From Patescibacteria group bacterium (GTDB lineage Bacteria > Patescibacteriota > Minisyncoccia > Phycocordibacterales > EsbW-18): a DNA stretch of 64,000 nucleotides. Position numbers and translations under genes: made by a program. Location: positions 4,875 to 68,874 of the forward strand of contig JBBTUJ010000005.1 in NCBI GenBank assembly GCA_038063815.1. Direction: 5' to 3'. Shown piece after piece: positions 37,662-46,201 of the stretch; within the stretch, counting starts at the first letter, position 1; each line of letters opens with the position of its first letter. Under the pieces are notes generated by a model, which saw nothing but the letters and a program-made list of their open reading frames with translations, was not told the origin of the DNA and ran no database searches.

Positions 37662-39578
37662 CTACACTTTTTTCGCATCTCTTTTCACAATAATACCATG
37701 CGCGCGGAGGATGGCGGCAAATTCTGTTTCTTCTATCGTTTCTTTTTCAAGAAGGACTGTGACGATAACATCAAGAACGGGACGGTGTTTCTTCAAAACC
37801 TCCTCGGCTCGTTCTCGCGCTTTTGAAACAAGCTCTGACACCTCATCGTCTATGAGTGCGGCACTTTTTTCTGAATATTCTTTTCCTTCTCCAAGAAATA
37901 CACCGTGCGGCAAGTGATCATTATCCCCTGTCAGCGCCCACGGTCCGACTTTCTCCGACATTCCGTAGCGCGCGACCATGTCGCGCGCAAGAGCCGCGGC
38001 GACTTGGAGATCATTTGATGGTCCTGTCGTGATGTCTTTGAATATAAGCATCTCCGCCGCGTATCCACCGAGCGTCATCGCAAGGCGATCAAGAAATGCT
38101 TTTCGTGAAAAGAGACGGCGCTCCTCAAGAGGAAGTGCGAGTGTGTACCCGCCAGCATGCCCGCGAGCGATTATGGAAACCTTGTGCACCGGATCGGCGT
38201 GTGTCAGAACAGACGCAACAAGTGCATGCCCCGCTTCGTGATATGCGGTTATCTTCTTTTCTTCATCAGTCAAAATGTGACTCTTCCGCTCCGGTCCGAG
38301 AAGTACTTTTTCAATCGAGCGGACGAGATCGAATTGTGAGACCTGCGTGCGATTTTCTCGTGCCGCAAGGATTGCTGCCTCGTTCATGAGCGACTGGAGA
38401 TCAGCACCCGAGAACCCCGGTGTGCGTTCTGCAATCGTCTTCAAAACAACATCTTCTGCCAAGGGCTTTCCTCGTCCGTGGATTTTCAAAATTTCTTCAC
38501 GACCTGCACGGTCAGGAAGGTCTATGCGAACACGTCTGTCGAATCGTCCCGGACGAAGGAGTGCGGGGTCAAGAACGTCGGGGCGGTTCGTCGCTGCCAT
38601 GACAATCACAGCTTCGTTCTGCTCGAACCCATCCATTTCAACCAATATCTGATTAAGTGTCTGCTCGCGCTCATCGTTTCCACCACCAACACCTGTACCG
38701 CGCACGCGCCCAACAGCGTCAATTTCGTCAATGAAGATAATCGCAGGCGCGGCGCGCTTCACGGTCTGAAACAAATCGCGCACGCGTGACGCTCCGACGC
38801 CGACAAACATCTCGACAAATTCAGAACCGGAGATTGAGAAGAACGGCACGCCTGCTTCTCCCGCAACGGCACGCGCAAGCAATGTCTTCCCCGTTCCTGG
38901 CGCACCCATGAGAAGAACGCCTTTCGGAATCTGTGCGCCCATCTGGATAAATTTTTTCGGATTTTTGAGGAAATCAACAATTTCGAGGAGTTCCTCTTTC
39001 GCTTCCTTCACTCCCGCAACGTCAGCAAATGTCACCTTTTTCTTATCTTTGGGATCAAAGAATCGCGCCTTTGACTGTCCAAACGAGAATGCCTGCATAC
39101 CCGCGCCTTTCACCTGTCGTGTGAGAAGCCAGACGAAAACACCGATGAAGAGAAGTGGAAGAAGCAGTGGTGCCAAGTTCAAAACCCAGAACCAAAACCC
39201 GGATGCGCCCTGAACCGTGATTGCAACACCAGAAAGTGCTTCTGGAGAAACGCCGTATGATGAAAATGTTTCGACAAGAGAAACGCCTGTTTCTTTGTGA
39301 GATGTCTGCGTTGTTCCGTCCTTCTTTGTGATGGTAAGCGTATCGCCTTCAACAACAATCGCGGAGATGGTTCCTGTTGCAACCTCTGCTGCAAGGTCAG
39401 AGATCGCAATCATGTTCTCTGTATCCTCACGATTCGCAAAAAAACTGTAGACAGACGAGAGGAGGAGAAAAATGAGTATCGCAAAAAGCCCGTTCGTAAA
39501 AAGAGACCGTCTTTGTGGCGGTTGTTCTTTTTTCTTCCCGCGTGGAACGGGTGGTTTTTTACCCTGTGCGGATGGCAT
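37662..39578 (-). CDS. ftsH: ATP-dependent zinc metalloprotease FtsH
   Basis: AAA motif [26 protein letters not shown], and zinc site HEAGHAL. Confidence 0.9.
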   Translation of the reverse strand: MPSAQGKKPPVPRGKKKEQPPQRRSLFTNGLFAILIFLLLSSVYSFFANREDTENMIAISDLAAEVATGTISAIVVEGDTLTITKKDGTTQTSHKETGVSLVETFSSYGVSPEALSGVAITVQGASGFWFWVLNLAPLLLPLLFIGVFVWLLTRQVKGAGMQAFSFGQSKARFFDPKDKKKVTFADVAGVKEAKEELLEIVDFLKNPKKFIQMGAQIPKGVLLMGAPGTGKTLLARAVAGEAGVPFFSISGSEFVEMFVGVGASRVRDLFQTVKRAAPAIIFIDEIDAVGRVRGTGVGGGNDEREQTLNQILVEMDGFEQNEAVIVMAATNRPDVLDPALLRPGRFDRRVRIDLPDRAGREEILKIHGRGKPLAEDVVLKTIAERTPGFSGADLQSLMNEAAILAARENRTQVSQFDLVRSIEKVLLGPERKSHILTDEEKKITAYHEAGHALVASVLTHADPVHKVSIIARGHAGGYTLALPLEERRLFSRKAFLDRLAMTLGGYAAEMLIFKDITTGPSNDLQVAAALARDMVARYGMSEKVGPWALTGDNDHLPHGVFLGEGKEYSEKSAALIDDEVSELVSKARERAEEVLKKHRPVLDVIVTVLLEKETIEETEFAAILRAHGIIVKRDAKKV

Positions 39579-39686
39579 ATAGTTCGCTTCGCGAAAAAAT
39601 CCAATATCCAGTTATCAAATTCCAAACATTGGGATTTCGATCGTTGGGTAGTGTTTGGATTTTGGAGTTTGGAACTTGGTTATTTT

Positions 39687-40034
39687 TTACTTGCTGACTT
39701 CTTTGACGAGACGGTCAAAAACAGCCGGGTGTTCTTCTGCCAAGAGGGCAATCATTTTGCGGTTAAGCAGGATTCCCTTCTTTTTCATCATTCCCATGAA
39801 CTTGCTGTACGAGAGATCGTGCTTCTTGAGCCCCGCTGTCATGCGAACCGTCCAGAGGTGGCGGAAATCGTTCTTCTTATCCTTGCGGTGTGCAAATGCG
39901 TGCGAGCCCGCCTTTACGAGTGCCTCACGTGCCTCGCGCTCTTTTGAACCGCGCTTGTTGCGGAAACCTTTTGTCTGCCGGAGAACATTCCGGCGGCGCT
40001 TCATTGATGTTGTTCCTCGTTTTACTCTCGTCAT
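39687..40034 (-). CDS. rplT: 50S ribosomal protein L20
   Basis: MTRVKRGTTSMKRRRNVLRQTKGFRNKRG... Confidence 0.9.
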   Translation of the reverse strand: MTRVKRGTTSMKRRRNVLRQTKGFRNKRGSKEREAREALVKAGSHAFAHRKDKKNDFRHLWTVRMTAGLKKHDLSYSKFMGMMKKKGILLNRKMIALLAEEHPAVFDRLVKEVSK

Positions 40035-40115
40035 AGGAGTTGGCGGTTAGAAATTAGGTGTTAGTGATTAGTATTGGTTTGGTCTCGTTGTCGGTTGTTG
40101 GTCGTAGGTTGTCGG

Positions 40116-40301
40116 TTACTTCCCTGGAAGGAAACGTGCTCGATTTTTCTTCGTCATCGTGTAAATCTGATTTCGTTTGCGTGCAAGTTGTGTTCCACGC
40201 GATTCTTTCGCGTTATAGTGGTTACCCCCCGGTTTTCGTGAGAGGATTTTACCGTTTTTCGTTACTCGCAATCGTTTTGTGTATGATTTATTCGTTTTCA
40301 T
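40116..40301 (-). CDS. rpmI: 50S ribosomal protein L35
   Basis: MKTNKSYTKRLRVTKNGKILSRKPGGNHY... Confidence 0.85.
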   Translation of the reverse strand: MKTNKSYTKRLRVTKNGKILSRKPGGNHYNAKESRGTQLARKRNQIYTMTKKNRARFLPGK

Positions 40302-40393
40302 AGGAATAGGAGTTGGGGATTGGCCGTGAGATGTTGGTGATTGGTTTTAGTTTTGCTTGGTTTTGTTGTTGGTCGTAGGTTGTTGGTCGTTGG

Positions 40394-40927
40394 TCATTTT
40401 CCCTTTTCTATAACAAGCGCCATTCCCTTCGCACTTTTTGTCGGTGGCTCAGCAACTTTGTAATCAACAGTGAGAAGTTTTAAAAATCTCTGCATGCGCT
40501 CTTCAAGAAACTTCTTGTCGAGATACTTTGCGCGTCCTTGAAGAAAAAGTTCGAATTTGACCCGATGTCCTTCGGAAAGCCACTCGGATGCTTGTTTCGC
40601 TTTGATACCCAAGCTGTGTTCGCTCGTACCGATACGCATCTGCAAACTCTTTGTCTCCGTTGAATGCGATTTTACTTTCTGCTCGCGTTGCTTCTTCTTT
40701 TCAGCGTAGAGATACTTCCCGTACTCCATTATCTTCGCGACGGGCGGACGGGCGGTGGGTGAGATCTCAATCAAATCGAGCCCCACATCCTTCGCGGCAG
40801 TGAGGGCCGCTTCCCGAGAGAGAACACCCAGATTCTCTCCTTCCGCACCAATAACCCGCAATTCGGGAGCGGTGATGCGTTCATTTATCCGAACGCGTAC
40901 GGTGGTTTCTTTGCTGTATTTACCCAA
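40394..40927 (-). CDS. infC: translation initiation factor IF-3
   Basis: VRINERITAPELRVIGAEGENLGVLSREAALTAAKDVGLDLIEISPTARPPVAKIMEYGKY... Confidence 0.85.
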   Translation of the reverse strand: MGKYSKETTVRVRINERITAPELRVIGAEGENLGVLSREAALTAAKDVGLDLIEISPTARPPVAKIMEYGKYLYAEKKKQREQKVKSHSTETKSLQMRIGTSEHSLGIKAKQASEWLSEGHRVKFELFLQGRAKYLDKKFLEERMQRFLKLLTVDYKVAEPPTKSAKGMALVIEKGK

Positions 40928-41002
40928 AGTGACAAAAAATTAGCCGGGTACGAAAACGAGTGTAGCAAATAAAGGGTAAAAAGACAACACGGAAACTCTC
41001 AA

Positions 41003-41035
41003 AAGCAAAACCCGCCTTGGGGGCAGGTTTTGCTT
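41003..41035 (-). terminator. terminator-like hairpin (AAGCAAAACC / GGTTTTGCTT, 13 nt loop) downstream of the zinc-ribbon ORF and tmRNA
   Basis: 10 bp perfect stem, followed on the minus RNA by UUGAGAGUUU. Confidence 0.35.
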
Positions 41036-41060
41036 AATACAGACTTGGGAAGTTCCTCAA

Positions 41061-41282
41061 TTAATATCTAATAGAAACTGTTCCAGATACTGAAGAAACC
41101 GTCGAAGAAACTGTATCTGTCAATTCAAAACTTCTCATTTCAGTATGCAAGTGAGGGTGACTATTGTGTTCTGCACAATCTTCACACAATTCAGAGGGTA
41201 CAAAATTTGCACCATAAACAACTGTAAGGAGACCTGTAGCGAATATCGCACTACATTTTCTACAAACTGATTCTGGGTTCAT
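41061..41282 (-). CDS. hypothetical zinc-ribbon small protein (two CxxC pairs)
   Basis: 73 aa with CRKC...CEDC. It lies directly downstream of the tmRNA. Confidence 0.3.
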   Translation of the reverse strand: MNPESVCRKCSAIFATGLLTVVYGANFVPSELCEDCAEHNSHPHLHTEMRSFELTDTVSSTVSSVSGTVSIRY

Positions 41283-41328
41283 AATCTGCTAAAAGCTAGA
41301 CCTAATAAACTTGGCGGGGTTTTTGTTG

Positions 41329-41706
41329 TGGAGATGGGCGGAATCGAACCGCCGTGCAAAAAGGAAATGAAAGCGCATCTACGATACGTAGGACGTTTTG
41401 GTGTTTAAGCGAGTGAACTCAAAAGCGAGCAAAATATTCATACGCCGATCTTCGGTTGATGTAAGACATCCGTCGAAGCGTCCGGATATCCGAAGTCCCA
41501 TAAGGTTACACCCGAGCATGCGTATGAGACATGGGCATGCCGGATGCCGTTAGGCTACTTTGTACGCAAACTGAAAGTCTGCGGCAGTGTAGAACGGACT
41601 AACAACAGAAGTGTTGCCAGTTGTGTGTTCCGAGATTTTAAAGAAGGTCTCGGGCTTCTGTATCGCGCACAGCCACTTATTCTCTTTGTCGAGGCCAGTC
41701 ATCCCC
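41329..41706 (-). ncRNA. ssrA: tmRNA (SsrA)
   Basis: 5' GGGGATGACTGGCCTCGAC (compare GGGGCTGATTCTGGATTCGAC in E. coli). 3' GGCGGTTCGATTCCGCCCATCTCCA, a tRNA-like T-arm and acceptor. A candidate tag ORF reads ...GCAGACTTTCAGTTTGCGTACAAAGTAGCCTAA (ADFQFAYKVA*). smpB is adjacent. Confidence 0.8.
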
Positions 41707-41720
41707 CCTAAAACAGCAAC

Positions 41721-41801
41721 AGTTTATCAAGTCATAATGTTCATCAAGTTTGTAAAGTAAATTCAAATACTTTATAACTTTACGAACCTTATGAACTTTT
41801 G
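41721..41801. repeat. AT-rich dispersed palindromic repeat copy, upstream of the tmRNA 5' end
   Basis: AGTTTATCAAGTCATAATGTTCATCAAGTTTGTAAAGTAAAT...ACTTTATAACTTTACGAACCTTATGAACTTTTG. Confidence 0.6.
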
Positions 41802-41830
41802 TTTGCTACCTTAGGGCAAACGACTGGTCC

Positions 41831-42277
41831 TTATTCTCTTTTCAATGAACGCTCGATGTCGCGGTCGCTCTCTCGCTTCTTGAGGTCCTCGCGCTTATCG
41901 TACTTTTTCTTTCCGCGCATGATTCCCAAAGAAACCTTCACGAACCGTCCTTTATTATACACCGATAATGGCACAATTGTCAATCCCTTCTGCCCTTCCG
42001 TTTCGGCGATATGGAGCATCTCTTTTTTGTTGAGGAGGAGTTTCCGCGCGCGATCCGGTTCGTAGTCAATTGGGGTGTTTTTCGGCTGATACGGCGCGAT
42101 TGACATCCCAACGAGAAATACCTCGCCGCCACGTGCTACCGCATGCGCGCCCTCGAGTGACCCTTTGCCGGTCCGGAGCGCCTTCACCTCATATCCCGCA
42201 AGAACGATACCCGCCTCAAGCGTTTCAAGGATGGTATAGTCGCGTCGTGCTTTTCTGTTTTCGATGTATGAGGCCAT
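41831..42277 (-). CDS. smpB: SsrA-binding protein SmpB
   Basis: RKARRDYTILETLEAGIVLAGYEVKALR...GKGLTIVPLSVYNKGRFVKVSLG. Confidence 0.9.
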   Translation of the reverse strand: MASYIENRKARRDYTILETLEAGIVLAGYEVKALRTGKGSLEGAHAVARGGEVFLVGMSIAPYQPKNTPIDYEPDRARKLLLNKKEMLHIAETEGQKGLTIVPLSVYNKGRFVKVSLGIMRGKKKYDKREDLKKRESDRDIERSLKRE

Positions 42278-42305
42278 GGGCCAATCATACCACTCGATAT
42301 ATTCT

Positions 42306-42938
42306 TTATCCTCGTACGTCCGCTGCTGGCAAGTCGCTTTCGTCTAAGCGATAGCTGTACGTCATTTTGTTCTCAAGTTTGTCTTTTTTCGCGAGTTCGA
42401 TAACGCGCGCAACAAGATTCTTCGGGTTGGTATCAAAAATTACTTTATTGTGCGAGCGGTTGCTTCGGTCAAGAATCGTGCGAATCGTTTCGTCCATAAC
42501 CCACTCGCCCTCAAGAACACCGATTGGCTTGTTGTCTTCAAATGCGATTGTAAATTCATGAATAGTACCAATGCGTCCACATCCGAAGATGACCGCGTCT
42601 CCCGAGCGCGTCAAAATCAAATCGCGTCCTGAGTATCCGAATCCGGTATAGACAATCAGGTCCATGTAATCAACCGGGAGACGATACGCTTCGATGTGTT
42701 CGCGTTCAGATGCCGCTGGAGAGATACCGATCGATTGTCCACCCGCCTCAACAGCACCGATTGCCGCCCACAGAGGAAATCCTGTTGTCGCACCCGTCAC
42801 GATTGTGGCACCTTGTCGTGCGATTTCACGCCCCGTTTCTTTCGCGACCTCAAATGCGCGCGGACCACACTTCGATGTTTCGGCAGCGCCTGAAACACAG
42901 ATCTTTATCTGGCGATGTTTATGCGGATCGTATGTCAT
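42306..42938 (-). CDS. Rossmann-fold SLOG/LOG-like (TIGR00725-type) protein
   Basis: ICVSGAAETS...GATIVTGATTGFPLWAAIGAVEAGGQSIGISPA pattern. Confidence 0.45.
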   Translation of the reverse strand: MTYDPHKHRQIKICVSGAAETSKCGPRAFEVAKETGREIARQGATIVTGATTGFPLWAAIGAVEAGGQSIGISPAASEREHIEAYRLPVDYMDLIVYTGFGYSGRDLILTRSGDAVIFGCGRIGTIHEFTIAFEDNKPIGVLEGEWVMDETIRTILDRSNRSHNKVIFDTNPKNLVARVIELAKKDKLENKMTYSYRLDESDLPAADVRG

Positions 42939-42963
42939 TTACAGCAAGTATGACGCGATTACG

Positions 42964-43038
42964 CAAGTTTATCAAGTTGAAAGTTATAACGTTACAAGTA
43001 ACTTGATGAACTTTATAACACGGCGAACCTGATGAACT
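42964..43038. repeat. AT-rich dispersed palindromic repeat copy between the LOG-like and MBL-fold genes
   Basis: CAAGTTTATCAAGTTGAAAGTTATAACGTTACAAGTAACTTGATGAACTTTATAACACGGCGAACCTGATGAACT. Confidence 0.6.
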
Positions 43039-44401
43039 ATTCGAGGTCGAACGTCTGCCCGAGTTCGGGATATACGGCATCTACTCCGAGATAATCACGC
43101 AAACGTTGCACAAAAAATTGTGACGCGCGCGGCTCTCCCATTGTGACAAATACCTTTTTGAGCGTGTGGCCTGTCGCCGTAACGAACGCCAAGAGCCCGT
43201 CAACATCGCGATGTCCAGAGAATCCGTGTATCTTTTCTATCTGTGCTCGAACTTGAATTTTTTCTCTTCCAATCGTGACGCTCTTTGCCCCATCCTCCAG
43301 CTGTCGTCCCAAGGACCCCGGTGACTGGTACCCGACAATCAGAAGCGCATTTTTCGGATCACTCAAATAGTGTTTCTCATGACTCACCACCCGTCCTCCG
43401 TGAGACATTCCTGATCCCGCGATGATGATCTTCGGCCCGGGAACCTTTGCAAGCACGTCCGACTTTTCTTTTTCCGAGATAAGGGTCAATTCTGGGAACG
43501 AGAACAGTTTTTCTCCCCGTGCGATTGTTTCTTGTGCTGTCTTATTGAAAATGTCAGATGAGTGTTCATAGATGTGCGTTGCTTTGATCGCCAAGGGCGA
43601 GTCGAGATATACAGGTATCCGCGGGATACGTCCCGCCTTGAGAAGCGCGTGGAGTTCATACAGCACAAGCTGTGAACGTTCAACAGAAAATGCCGGAATG
43701 AGAAGCGTTCCTTTACGCGCCGCGACTTCATTGATAACACTCTCGAGACGCGCGGTCCGATCTTCTCCCGTTTCGTGCCGCCTATCACCATAGACGCTCT
43801 CAATAACGAGGTATGACGCGCTATCGACGATGTCCGTATCGCGAAGAAGGAGTGATGGCGAATTCCCCAAATCACCACTGAAAACGATTGTCCCTGCGGT
43901 GGGATGCGTCGCGAGAACAAGGGCCGACCCAAGGACGTGTCCTGCGTCTTTGAGCGTTATCGAGAAATCACCTATTGAGAACGGCTCATAGTACGGCACC
44001 CCTTTCCAGAGAGGGAACGCCGCTGCAACGTCGGCCGGCTCGTATGGTGGCGTGGTTCCGCATGCAGCCGCCTCGCCAGCGAGAAGATGTGCGGCGTCAA
44101 CGAGAAGAATCTCTGCGAGTTCTTTTGTCTGAGGCGTCGAATAGATCACTCCCTTGAAACCATCCCTCACGAGCTTTGGAATACGGCCGATGTGGTCGAT
44201 ATGTGTGTGCGTGACAATAAGCGCGTCGATATCTTTAGGTTCGTACGGAAAATCCTCGTAGTTTTTCTCATCACACACACGTCTTCCCTGGAAAAGTCCG
44301 CAGTCAACGAGAATCTTCTTCCCGCCGCCCTCCAAAAGAAAGTTTGCGCCCGTCACCGAGCCAACGCCGCCGTAAAATGTAAGTTTGGGAGAAGTGCTCA
44401 T
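43037..44401 (-). CDS. MBL-fold metallo-hydrolase with beta-CASP domain (RNase J / CPSF-like ribonuclease)
   Basis: HTHIDHIG motif and the overall beta-lactamase plus beta-CASP pattern. Likely start MSTSPKLTFYGG at 44401. Confidence 0.7.
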   Translation of the reverse strand: MSTSPKLTFYGGVGSVTGANFLLEGGGKKILVDCGLFQGRRVCDEKNYEDFPYEPKDIDALIVTHTHIDHIGRIPKLVRDGFKGVIYSTPQTKELAEILLVDAAHLLAGEAAACGTTPPYEPADVAAAFPLWKGVPYYEPFSIGDFSITLKDAGHVLGSALVLATHPTAGTIVFSGDLGNSPSLLLRDTDIVDSASYLVIESVYGDRRHETGEDRTARLESVINEVAARKGTLLIPAFSVERSQLVLYELHALLKAGRIPRIPVYLDSPLAIKATHIYEHSSDIFNKTAQETIARGEKLFSFPELTLISEKEKSDVLAKVPGPKIIIAGSGMSHGGRVVSHEKHYLSDPKNALLIVGYQSPGSLGRQLEDGAKSVTIGREKIQVRAQIEKIHGFSGHRDVDGLLAFVTATGHTLKKVFVTMGEPRASQFFVQRLRDYLGVDAVYPELGQTFDLE

Positions 44402-44820
44402 ACAAGAGGTGAAGTTTTTCTGTGTGTAAAGATACCTCTCATCAGATACGCCGCGCACCATGCCCCTGTCATGTCCATTGCCAGATCAACCACTGTATCT
44501 GCGACAATATTTTTCTGCCCCGCAAACATCCCTGTTGCATACTCGAATATCTCCCACCCGATACCGGTTATCAATACCGCAAGTACAATTTGAAAAAAGT
44601 ATGGAAACTTTCCAAAAAATGTCTCGAACCGAAAATATCCCCACGCGGCACATCCGCCAAGCGCAAAACCACTAAGAAAATGCAACGGGGCGAAACACCA
44701 GGGACAGGTCAGGTCTAAAGAATACTTGAGCATTACTTCCTGCACTATAAAAACAAGCCCGACAACAAGAAAAAGGGCAAGGAGCGTGGTTCCAAATCGC
44801 ATCGGCATGATGGTAGACAT
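44398..44820 (-). CDS. VanZ-like family membrane protein
   Basis: Four TM helices with a VanZ-like pattern. The start is uncertain and was taken at MSTIMPMRFG. Confidence 0.45.
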   Translation of the reverse strand: MSTIMPMRFGTTLLALFLVVGLVFIVQEVMLKYSLDLTCPWCFAPLHFLSGFALGGCAAWGYFRFETFFGKFPYFFQIVLAVLITGIGWEIFEYATGMFAGQKNIVADTVVDLAMDMTGAWCAAYLMRGIFTHRKTSPLV

Positions 44821-44830
44821 TTTATCAGAA

Positions 44831-44858
44831 ACAAAAAATCCCCGCTTGAGCGGAGATT
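44831..44858 (-). terminator. rho-independent terminator (AUCUCCGC-UCAA-GCGGGGAU followed by U6)
   Basis: Minus RNA reads AUCUCCGCUCAAGCGGGGAUUUUUUG. Confidence 0.5.
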
Positions 44859-45117
44859 CTTTGTTGGGGGTTATTTCAGACGTGACCCTAGCGTAAACTA
44901 GGTGGGTGTCCTCAGTACGTGAGCCGAAGCGCACGGTTTAAAACAATTCGGACTCCCTTAAAAATTTATTTGATCTAGATTATATCCAAAATAACCCCTA
45001 CGAACATGGTACGCCTCTCCGTGAAAAGGACGCAAGGGGGATATCGCGACGGAATACGGATTTGACTCTCTGTAAAAGAGATTTTGCTACCAAAAAAACT
45101 CTCCCGCCAAAGTATTC

Positions 45118-46173
45118 TTAAATACCAAGCGCTTTTGGAAGTTGCTTCAGGAGTGTCACAACCGCGGGTGGTGCCAGTAAGCTGTGCACCTCATCTCCTT
45201 CATCGTCAAGAATGGTCCAAGGGGACTCTTTGGTGACCGCCTTCAATCCGTCCCATTCGTATGTGTACATAGGAGTAATCTCGTAGTCGTCAAAATATTT
45301 TTTCACGTCTCCGACAGGGACCGCGTTGCGTACCAACACCTTCGGAATACCGTGAAGCGAGAGAAGCTTGTCGATAAGTTCTCCATCACGCACCAAACGA
45401 TCTTTAATGGGTGCAATTCCTTCCGCATCTCCTTCTTTTGGACCCATACGCACCCCATGATCGTCACAGAGAAGGTGAAATGTCTCTGTTACTGCATCAC
45501 GTTCGACATTCTTCGTCGGAAAGAGCTTCGTATTACGCGGCGTTTGGCAGACAGGACAGATAACGCGGAACTTCATGCGCTCATCGATGACTGCTGTCGG
45601 CACGTCAATCGCAATAAAGATGTCTGGGTCTTGTCGGTAGTCCACGAGGTCTCTGAAAAAGAGCGCGTATGAGATTTGATCGAGATCGCGCGGAAAACCA
45701 TCGAGAAAAAGTGTCTTCTTTGGCAGTGCGCTGATTTTTTGTTTCACCAACGCGAGGATGAATTCTGTCGGAAGAAGTTTTGTTTGGCTTTTGCCAATAA
45801 GTGCATCAACCGCATCTTCTAGAGAAATGTATCCGCGATAGAGAGATCGAAGTGATTCTGTAAACGCTTCTTTATCTTTTGTTGCCGCTTCGTGCGCAGC
45901 ACGTACGGTATCCCCAACAGAGATGTGTTCGATGAGATCGTTTCCGAAGATCTCGGCCATCATTTTTGTGTACGTTCCCTTCCCCGCACTCTTTTTTGCA
46001 AGAAGGTATGCAATGAATGTGTTGTCTTTGAAAAAGTCCTTGAGCGCACGGATTTCCGCGCCCGCTTTCGCTTCAAAATATTCTTTACGACCTTCCGGCG
46101 TTGAAAGATCAAACACTTTGGTCACGCCTTCTACCCTTGTTCCCTGCATGGGAAATTCTTTTGTATATTTCAT
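45118..46173 (-). CDS. adenylate kinase-family (NMP kinase) paralog with N- and C-terminal extensions
   Basis: P-loop LLAKKSAGKGTYT, LDGFPR motif and a LID with CPVC...CDDHG. It is about 100 aa longer than the canonical adk at 52993-53631. Start taken at MKYTKEF. Confidence 0.55.
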   Translation of the reverse strand: MKYTKEFPMQGTRVEGVTKVFDLSTPEGRKEYFEAKAGAEIRALKDFFKDNTFIAYLLAKKSAGKGTYTKMMAEIFGNDLIEHISVGDTVRAAHEAATKDKEAFTESLRSLYRGYISLEDAVDALIGKSQTKLLPTEFILALVKQKISALPKKTLFLDGFPRDLDQISYALFFRDLVDYRQDPDIFIAIDVPTAVIDERMKFRVICPVCQTPRNTKLFPTKNVERDAVTETFHLLCDDHGVRMGPKEGDAEGIAPIKDRLVRDGELIDKLLSLHGIPKVLVRNAVPVGDVKKYFDDYEITPMYTYEWDGLKAVTKESPWTILDDEGDEVHSLLAPPAVVTLLKQLPKALGI

Positions 46174-46201
46174 AGAAAAAACACTATAGCACACCTTCCG
46201 T

